DNA from: Thermoclostridium stercorarium subsp. stercorarium DSM 8532
GTDB lineage: Bacteria > Bacillota > Clostridia > DSM-8532
Length of the DNA: 24,000 nucleotides
NCBI RefSeq assembly: GCF_000331995.1
Contig: NC_020134.1
Span: 2,430,627-2,454,626, forward strand
Direction: 5' to 3'
Every line of letters starts with the position of its first letter. Positions within the stretch are counted from its first letter, which is position 1. Under the pieces are notes generated by a model that made no database searches, had not been told where the DNA came from, and worked only from the letters and a program-made list of their open reading frames with translations. Of the stretch, positions 18,474-24,000 are shown piece after piece. A program made the position numbers and the translations under genes.

Positions 18474-18530
18474 AAGTTTACCTCCTTTTTCTGTATAAAA
18501 TGTATTCCCAGTAAATTCTGGGCTGATTTT

Positions 18531-18570
18531 ATATTACTATAACCATGCACGTATGTCAACCCATTAACAT
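18531..18570 (-). promoter_or_regulatory. Candidate promoter of the ABC transporter operon with a LacI-type operator overlapping the -35
   Basis: Minus strand: TTGACA (18559..18554), 17-bp spacer, TAATAT (18536..18531). The 18-mer ATGTTAATGGGTTGACAT (18570..18553) overlaps the -35 and matches 15 of 18 positions of the site at 21420..21403. Confidence 0.6.
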
Positions 18571-18661
18571 ATAAATGCCATTTTAAGACTTATAAAATCC
18601 TTTATCTCTGCTTTAACTATTAAGTTTTAGTTTATAATAATCGTTTGACAATAGAGAACAA

Positions 18662-20374
18662 CTAATCCCTATCATTTGAACTGAATGAAAAAACGTTAAC
18701 ACCCTCGTTGTTTATGGCTTTTATACTGAAATCGTAAGTCGCCAAATCGGCTACAAGATTAGCAATATTTCCGTCTTTAACCCAATTTATTATCAGAATC
18801 TGTTCATCGGTATTGTCAACAGTAATCTTTGAATCAAAATCAAAAGCAGGGAATGTATTTCTGAATCTCAATAATGACAGCTGCTGCCTTACTATCTTTT
18901 TCTTCATGCCCTCATAAATCTGTTCCCATGTGAGGTTCGTCCGGTTAATTTCCTTATGCCCCCGTTTTATGGCTTCATAATCATTTTTGCCTGCAAACAG
19001 GTCCAGGTACCACACCTGAGGTTTACCAGGCATAAAAATCTGAATGGCCCTCGCCAGCAGCATCTTTTTGTCGTTTTCACCCAGGGCGCTGTAGTACGTG
19101 CAGTTAACCTGGTAATACATATTTTTTCTTCCGTGCAGATCTTTTATATAACCACCGCGTTTTACAAGCGTATCAATCAGTTTATCTATATACCGGTCGG
19201 GCAATAGGCCTTTTAAATCCAAAAGCGGAATTCCGTCATGACATCCGAGCATATTGACAACCCTTATTTCCTTTTCCTGTAATTCTCTGAACCACTTTAC
19301 CAAATATTCGCCGGTATGCCTCTCCAGAGCATCTATAATAAGCCCAGGCAGGAAAAAGTCATAGGTCAGATATCCTTTCTCGGCAAGCTTTTCATGTATT
19401 TTTTCCTCATATTTTGAATGAATTTCGGGCAAAAGCACAAGTCCGTATTTGTCTGCAATTTCCTTTATTTTTTCCAGGAGCTCCCACGTTTCGGGCTCAT
19501 TGAAGAAATTTCTAAGCCCCGGTTTTTTGGATACATAGGCAAATGCGTCAAGTCTTACAATTTTTGCACCGTACCGGGATAATTTACCCAGTGTTTCCTC
19601 ATAGAATTCCCATACTTTCGGAGACCGAACGTTTAAATCCATTTGTCCAAGGTATTTCCGCCTTGATTCCAATAAATCAACCACTTTGTCCTTATAACGT
19701 GAAAATTCTCCGAAATCGATCTCTTTTGGTTTTTTCCCCGAAGAAATTTCGGCGTTTATTCTGTCCGTCAGCTTCTGAGCCGTAGGATACTGAATATCCA
19801 AGGCGTATACCAGATCTATTGCATCCAGTTTATCGTATCTTACTTCCTGATAAAACGTATTCCAGTAAGGAACTTCCCTGCCGTCAGGAAACCTGACGAA
19901 GAGAATGGGAAGCCCAGGTTTTCTGAAAAACATGTTTTCTATCAAATCCTCTTCAGGCATTATATAGCCTTCACCGGTCATTCGGCCGCAGCCTTCCCAG
20001 AACTTGTTCCAGTCAATAAAGAAATCTTTGTATTCAGAATTTTCACCTTTTTTCAAAATATCCCTGAACTGATGCGAAAGCACCGACAAATGATTCAGAA
20101 CAAAATCAAGTTTCAGCTCAATATTTAAATTTTTGAGTTTCTCCAGGTCCTCAGCCGTTGCCAGTTGTTCATTAAGTTCATAGTCAATGACCGAAAAACC
20201 GCGATCCAAATCGGTGTTAAAAATACTGGGAAGTATGTAAAAAGACTGAAATACGTTTTTAAGTTCATCCATTTGAAGAAACTTAAGTATGTCCGATAAC
20301 GTTCCGCCCAGACTGTCAGGATATGCATTAAACATGGGTCCGGCATTAATTTTATTACAAGGCGCTTTATTCAT
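18662..20374 (-). CDS. Sucrose-phosphorylase-like glycoside phosphorylase (GH13 subfamily 18-like); acceptor specificity unknown
   Basis: 570 aa; IELKLDFVLNHLSVLSHQF, nucleophile region GAKIVRLDAFAYVSKKPG, acid/base region LLPEIHSKY, NMLGCHDGIPLLDLKGLLPD, YYQVNCTYYSALGENDKKMLLARAIQIFMPGKPQVWYLDLFAGKNDYEA. Confidence 0.85.
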   Translation of the reverse strand: MNKAPCNKINAGPMFNAYPDSLGGTLSDILKFLQMDELKNVFQSFYILPSIFNTDLDRGFSVIDYELNEQLATAEDLEKLKNLNIELKLDFVLNHLSVLSHQFRDILKKGENSEYKDFFIDWNKFWEGCGRMTGEGYIMPEEDLIENMFFRKPGLPILFVRFPDGREVPYWNTFYQEVRYDKLDAIDLVYALDIQYPTAQKLTDRINAEISSGKKPKEIDFGEFSRYKDKVVDLLESRRKYLGQMDLNVRSPKVWEFYEETLGKLSRYGAKIVRLDAFAYVSKKPGLRNFFNEPETWELLEKIKEIADKYGLVLLPEIHSKYEEKIHEKLAEKGYLTYDFFLPGLIIDALERHTGEYLVKWFRELQEKEIRVVNMLGCHDGIPLLDLKGLLPDRYIDKLIDTLVKRGGYIKDLHGRKNMYYQVNCTYYSALGENDKKMLLARAIQIFMPGKPQVWYLDLFAGKNDYEAIKRGHKEINRTNLTWEQIYEGMKKKIVRQQLSLLRFRNTFPAFDFDSKITVDNTDEQILIINWVKDGNIANLVADLATYDFSIKAINNEGVNVFSFSSNDRD

Positions 20375-21333
20375 CCGTTACCCTCCCCTGAATTTACGTG
20401 GCTCCCTTCAGTCATTGCCTTTAAAAATTCCTTATACGTTATAATCCTGCCGTCGGATGAAACAATAATCTTGGCTTTTACAGCCTGCGATATTAACAGT
20501 TCATGTTCTATCTCCAGTACCATCGCGGTAAACGGGCTGTCCACTCCCCGGTCCCTGTTACGCTGTTTACGAAATTCCAAAGTTTCTTGTGGTGTACTGC
20601 TTAGCAAAATCGGAATATCAATGCCTCTAAGATAATGGCTGTTTCCATGGGTCCATTCTATTATCAATACCCTGACGTCTTTGAAATCAACCTCTTCATA
20701 CCAAATCTCTTCAGGTTTTCTTCCCATGCGTTTGAGATATATTTTGCTTATACCGTTTTTAAACTGTGAAATTATTTCGTTGAGTTCACAAAAATCAATT
20801 TCGTTCGGAGTACCCAGATAATTTCTGAGTCCCAGTTTTCCTTCACTGTGATAAATCTCAAGCCATGGGTAATCGCTTATAAACCTTGGATCGGTATCAT
20901 CACAATTGCTTTGCAGCTTATTAAGAATCTCTTTTCTTTCTTCCGTATACTCTCCGTGGGCAATAAGCCCTTTCAGCCCGCTTCGCCTGAAAACCCTAAG
21001 CCGTTCGGCGTCATTGTATTCAGGAATTCTGTGAGGATAATTATCTCCCGATAAGATATAACTGCCTATGCCCGTCTGATTAAGATAGTAAGACAGAAGA
21101 GATGCAATTTCGGACTTACCCGTCCCTGAACCGCCGCATACAGATACAACTGCCTTGTTATGAGCATGCTTCTCAATCATAGGCGTAAGCAAATCCATCA
21201 AAACCGGGGCTATGGCTTTCGCTTTGGTGAGATGAGTAAAATTTATCTGAATTTTATCCCCCGGCATGTCTCCTTTTGGTATACTGTTTAATTCTTCAAT
21301 ATTCTTGAATTTGTCAAATATATTATCACCCAT
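20371..21333 (-). CDS. P-loop kinase-like protein (adenylylsulfate/uridine-kinase-clan-like), substrate unknown, likely translationally coupled to the phosphorylase
   Basis: Walker A-like motif VVSVCGGSGTGKSEIASLLSYYL, followed by SYILSGDNYPHRIP; later VLIIEWTHGNSHYLRGIDIPILL and R-rich FRKQRNRDRG. Start revised from 21408 to MGDNIFDKF at 21333, since the upstream residues run into the promoter. The stop overlaps the next ATG (ATGA at 20374..20371). Confidence 0.7.
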   Translation of the reverse strand: MGDNIFDKFKNIEELNSIPKGDMPGDKIQINFTHLTKAKAIAPVLMDLLTPMIEKHAHNKAVVSVCGGSGTGKSEIASLLSYYLNQTGIGSYILSGDNYPHRIPEYNDAERLRVFRRSGLKGLIAHGEYTEERKEILNKLQSNCDDTDPRFISDYPWLEIYHSEGKLGLRNYLGTPNEIDFCELNEIISQFKNGISKIYLKRMGRKPEEIWYEEVDFKDVRVLIIEWTHGNSHYLRGIDIPILLSSTPQETLEFRKQRNRDRGVDSPFTAMVLEIEHELLISQAVKAKIIVSSDGRIITYKEFLKAMTEGSHVNSGEGNG

Positions 21334-21379
21334 TATAAAACCACCGTTCCTTGTATTTCTTTGTTTTTCATCAGAAACA

Positions 21380-21420
21380 TTATAAAATATAAAACAAATA
21401 CATGTCAACCGTTTGACATA
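21380..21420 (-). promoter_or_regulatory. Strong sigma-A promoter with an 18-bp near-palindromic LacI-type operator overlapping the -35
   Basis: Minus strand: consensus TTGACA (21409..21404), 18-bp spacer, consensus TATAAT (21385..21380). Operator ATGTCAAACGGTTGACAT (21420..21403) has 16 of 18 self-complementary positions and a central CG. Confidence 0.75.
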
Positions 21421-21515
21421 TAATATAATTCAAATTTACTTTTTTGATTTTTCAGAAGTGCCGGTTCCTTAGAAATGTATATAACTCTTGTATTTTTTTA
21501 AACTGACTTCCGGTT

Positions 21516-21543
21516 AAAAAAAAAGGAAGTCCTAAAACCTCCT
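21516..21543 (-). terminator. Candidate intrinsic terminator downstream of the esterase gene
   Basis: Minus strand AGGAGGT-TTTAGG-ACTTCCT followed by T8; 7-bp stem with one G-U pair. Confidence 0.55.
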
Positions 21544-21675
21544 GCAGCTTTAACGCTTTATTCAGACAATTCAGCATCATATCACGGAAACAGAACTTTA
21601 TTAACTATATATGCCTAATAAATTTATCATCGTCTGATTTTTATAATTGGAACGGTGATATTGGGATTTTACGTC

Positions 21676-22467
21676 CTATTTTACAGCCCATTCAATCCCC
21701 TTTTCAATGTATTCATTCCAGAATTTCCAGTCATGGCTTCCCGGCCCTTCCACATATGTATGTTCTATTCCTTCGGACAGAAGAAACTCATGGAATTTTC
21801 TGTTTTCAGCCAGTAAAAAATCCTCTGTTCCACATGCCATGAATATTTCGGGAACCTGTTTCTTTTCCTCCTTTAACTGAAGCACCAGGGCTTCCGGGTC
21901 TTTGTCGCTGCCTTTGACCTTATTGACATCGCCAAACACCCTTGAGTAGTATTTGTAATCTGCAATACCGTCATTATAATCAACGGGTATTCCTGCTATT
22001 TTGTCCACAATCAGTGCAGATGACAACGCAATAATACGCCCGAAAGTTTCTGAGTATTTTAACCCGTTTCTGATGGCTCCGTACCCGCCCATTGACAATC
22101 CGCCGATAAACGTGTTTTCTCTTTTATCTGAAACGGGAAACATCTTGCGTGTGAACTCAACCAGTTCGCAACCAATATATTCGGAATACATTGCTCCGCT
22201 GTCGGTATCATTCAAATAAAAGAAATTTTCCCCGGACGGCATGAAAACAGCGATATTATACTTTGACGAAAACAGCTGCATATTACTGTTGCAAACCCAG
22301 TCCATATGGTTTCCGTGATAACCGTGCAGCAAATAAAGAGCTTTAAAAGGCTGTCCAGACGAATTTCCCCCGCTGCGTGCCTCCATATAATCCAGCGGTA
22401 TAAAAGCGTTAAAAACCGTTAATCTTTTCAGCGCCTTTGAAAAAAAATTAACCTGCAGATAGGCCAT
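21676..22467 (-). CDS. Esterase, alpha/beta hydrolase, EstA/esterase-D/CE1-like
   Basis: 263 aa; YLLHGYHGNHMDWV, nucleophile elbow GGLSMGGYGA, GTEDFLL, catalytic-His region GPGSHDWKFWNEYIEKGIEW. Confidence 0.87.
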   Translation of the reverse strand: MAYLQVNFFSKALKRLTVFNAFIPLDYMEARSGGNSSGQPFKALYLLHGYHGNHMDWVCNSNMQLFSSKYNIAVFMPSGENFFYLNDTDSGAMYSEYIGCELVEFTRKMFPVSDKRENTFIGGLSMGGYGAIRNGLKYSETFGRIIALSSALIVDKIAGIPVDYNDGIADYKYYSRVFGDVNKVKGSDKDPEALVLQLKEEKKQVPEIFMACGTEDFLLAENRKFHEFLLSEGIEHTYVEGPGSHDWKFWNEYIEKGIEWAVK

Positions 22468-22700
22468 TTTCCGGCTCCCCCTTTCAATTACATGGCTCTT
22501 AGAATATTTTTCCTAATTATAGCACATGGTTACAGGCAATCCAAATAACAATAAACCATGGGTACTGCAAATAATTTAAACCGTGCTCCGGTACCGGTGG
22601 CAAAAGCCGTTTTTTTCTTGTTTTTCATTCACTGTAGTTCATCTTTGAGAGTCCACAGACATCCAAGCTTATTAATATATCGAAAAAGCCGGAATTTTTG

Positions 22701-22729
22701 TTGTCAATCGGGAATATTTACTGTATAAT
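22701..22729 (+). promoter_or_regulatory. Candidate promoter of the zinc-ribbon/DUF2752 unit
   Basis: TTGTCA (22701-22706), 17-bp spacer, TATAAT (22724-22729); leader of about 95 nt to the ATG at 22833. Confidence 0.6.
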
Positions 22730-22832
22730 AGGTATGACTTTTTAGCACAAATTTACATGATTTACCGCTTAGTGGCATTAGAAATGTCACAAAGGCTGGG
22801 TGGAAGTTTTTTATTTTTCAGGAGGGATTCTT

Positions 22833-23327
22833 ATGTATTGTCCCAAGTGTGGGCACGAGGTCGGAGAGCATATGGTCATTTGCCCGTCCTGTGGGGAGCT
22901 GCTGGAAAACAGGAATAATGACACGGTGAATTCCTTTTCCCAGCCAAACTACGGATGGCAACAGCCTGAGGGTATGCCGAAAATTCAGGATATACCGGAC
23001 TATAAAGTACAGTCCATACTCCTTATCGTATTCAGTGCCATATTATGCTGTGTTTTTTGTCTTCCCATACTTGCATTGCCTTTTGCCATAATTGCCCTTG
23101 TTAACTCCAACAAGATCGAAGCTCATATTGTTGCCGGAAATTATGAATACGCCCGTAAGGTTTCGGAAAATACAAAAAAATGGTGCTGGGCAAGCTTTGG
23201 TATACTTTTGGGTTCAATAGCAATAAGTATTGTGTTTGCAATTGTATTTATGAACAGCGGATTATACAAGGAATTTATGAATGAGTTCATGAAGCAGTAT
23301 GAATACTATTATTACAATTTCCAATAA
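22833..23327 (+). CDS. Small membrane protein with N-terminal zinc ribbon and CD225/dispanin-like region
   Basis: Start revised to MYCPKCGHE at 22833, preceded by GGAGGG. Two CxxC pairs (CPKC, CPSC); then IPDYKVQSILLIVFSAILCCVFCLPILALPFAIIALVNSNKIEAHIVAGNYEYARKVSENTKKWCWASFGILLG, with the CD225-like layout. Confidence 0.75.
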   Translation: MYCPKCGHEVGEHMVICPSCGELLENRNNDTVNSFSQPNYGWQQPEGMPKIQDIPDYKVQSILLIVFSAILCCVFCLPILALPFAIIALVNSNKIEAHIVAGNYEYARKVSENTKKWCWASFGILLGSIAISIVFAIVFMNSGLYKEFMNEFMKQYEYYYYNFQ

Positions 23328-23787
23328 AATACATAAAAAATTAAAAAAATGGCTTACTTTTTTCGGTAAGCCATTTATCCGTTATATAATGCTGGTGCTT
23401 TCATGTGCGGTTATAATAACCTGCTGCGTTATAGTATACAGAATAGACCCGGCAAAGGTTCCCCTTACACCTCCGTGCTCCTTTCGTTATTTCACAGGCC
23501 TGTATTGCCCGGGATGCGGAATGACGCGCGCATTGCATGCTGCGCTGAATTTAAGGTTTTCCGACGCTTTTTCATATAACCTGCTGTGGCCTCTCATTAC
23601 CATGTTTGTATTGATGTCCGTCGGTATGTGGTTTTCATTCCTGGTGACGGGTAAATGTCCGTTCAACCCGTTTAACAGGTTTCTCAAAAGATATTCGGCG
23701 GCGGCTTACGTGTTTATAATCGTCCTTTTTGCATTCTGGATTTTAAGAAATATTCCTGTTTATCCGTTTACGTTGCTGGCGCCGTAA
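23299..23787 (+). CDS. DUF2752-family membrane protein
   Basis: 162 aa; PPCSFRYFTGLYCPGCGMTRALHAALNLRFSDAFSYNLLWPL signature. Overlaps the preceding gene by 29 bp if the first ATG is used. Confidence 0.85.
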   Translation: MNTIITISNKIHKKLKKWLTFFGKPFIRYIMLVLSCAVIITCCVIVYRIDPAKVPLTPPCSFRYFTGLYCPGCGMTRALHAALNLRFSDAFSYNLLWPLITMFVLMSVGMWFSFLVTGKCPFNPFNRFLKRYSAAAYVFIIVLFAFWILRNIPVYPFTLLAP

Positions 23788-24000
23788 TCAGTTACTGAAC
23801 AAATTTTTGAGGGGATTACCTGTAACCGCCAGTACCACCACACATGCAATCAAAATAATTATGAGCCAGAGCATTGCCGCCCTTGAAAAATTTCTCCTGT
23901 GAATGTTCCCCTCCGATGAAAAAGCCCATTTTGCCATAAAAACAATATTAACAACCGGTATTATCATTGCAAAAATAACAAGCATCCACTCTCCAACACT
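23788..24000 (-). CDS. Partial small multi-TM membrane protein, 5' end beyond the right edge
   Basis: The listed ORF stays open upstream of its ATG to the window end (SVGEWMLVIFAMIIPVVNIVFMAKWAFSSEGNIHRRNFSRAAMLWLIIILIACVVVLAV), so the true start is outside the window. Confidence 0.55.
   Translation of the reverse strand, partial: SVGEWMLVIFAMIIPVVNIVFMAKWAFSSEGNIHRRNFSRAAMLWLIIILIACVVVLAVTGNPLKNLFSN

Noticed and set aside
21334-21408. Upstream in-frame extension of the P-loop kinase ORF to the ATG at 21408
   Set aside because: The extension MTCICFIFYNVSDEKQ... overlaps the predicted -35, spacer and -10, so it would not be in the mRNA. The 21333 ATG with a GGTGG-like upstream site fits better.
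21505-21531. GACTTCC/GGAAGTC inverted repeat around the A9 run
   Set aside because: Overlaps and is less convincing than the alternative fold AGGAGGT/ACTTCCT followed by a T tract, which reads as an ordinary intrinsic terminator on the minus strand.
22571-22612. CCGGTACCGG palindrome and GGCAAAAGCC followed by T7, between divergent genes
   Set aside because: Terminator-like on the plus strand but with a very short stem and no plus-strand gene upstream to terminate; insufficient support.
1-24000. CRISPR arrays, toxin-antitoxin, phage/defence genes, transposases, tRNA and rRNA
   Set aside because: By-eye reading found no repeat-spacer pattern, recognisable transposase or nuclease defence gene, or structured RNA gene. 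This was not a computed search.

Overview
This window looks like a clostridial (Firmicutes) chromosome region. Every gene call comes from motif and domain recognition by eye in the supplied translations; no database search was run. Most of the left two-thirds is a minus-strand housekeeping series read from a promoter near 14.05 kb: nusB-xseA-xseB-ispA-(yuiD-like)-dxs-tlyA-nadK-argR-recN-engB-cinA-murJ. A partial membrane sensor (histidine kinase or AraC-like) sits at the left edge. From 14.1 to 21.4 kb is an accessory sugar-utilisation locus: a LacI-family regulator, a binding-protein-dependent ABC importer with no ATPase gene in the window, a GH13_18 sucrose-phosphorylase-like enzyme, and an unusual P-loop kinase-like protein translationally overlapped with it. 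Two transcription units in this locus have near-identical 18-bp palindromic operator candidates overlapping their -35 boxes. The LacI gene and the ABC binding-protein gene are each split by an apparent -1 frameshift at an A6 run; in the LacI gene this is the dnaX-type heptamer A_AAA_AAG. Further right are a CE1-type esterase and a small cluster of zinc-ribbon/CD225, DUF2752 and another small membrane protein. I found no CRISPR array, rRNA, tRNA, transposase, or recognisable defence system. The best leads are the phosphorylase/P-loop-kinase pair with its operator regulon, and the two frameshifts.
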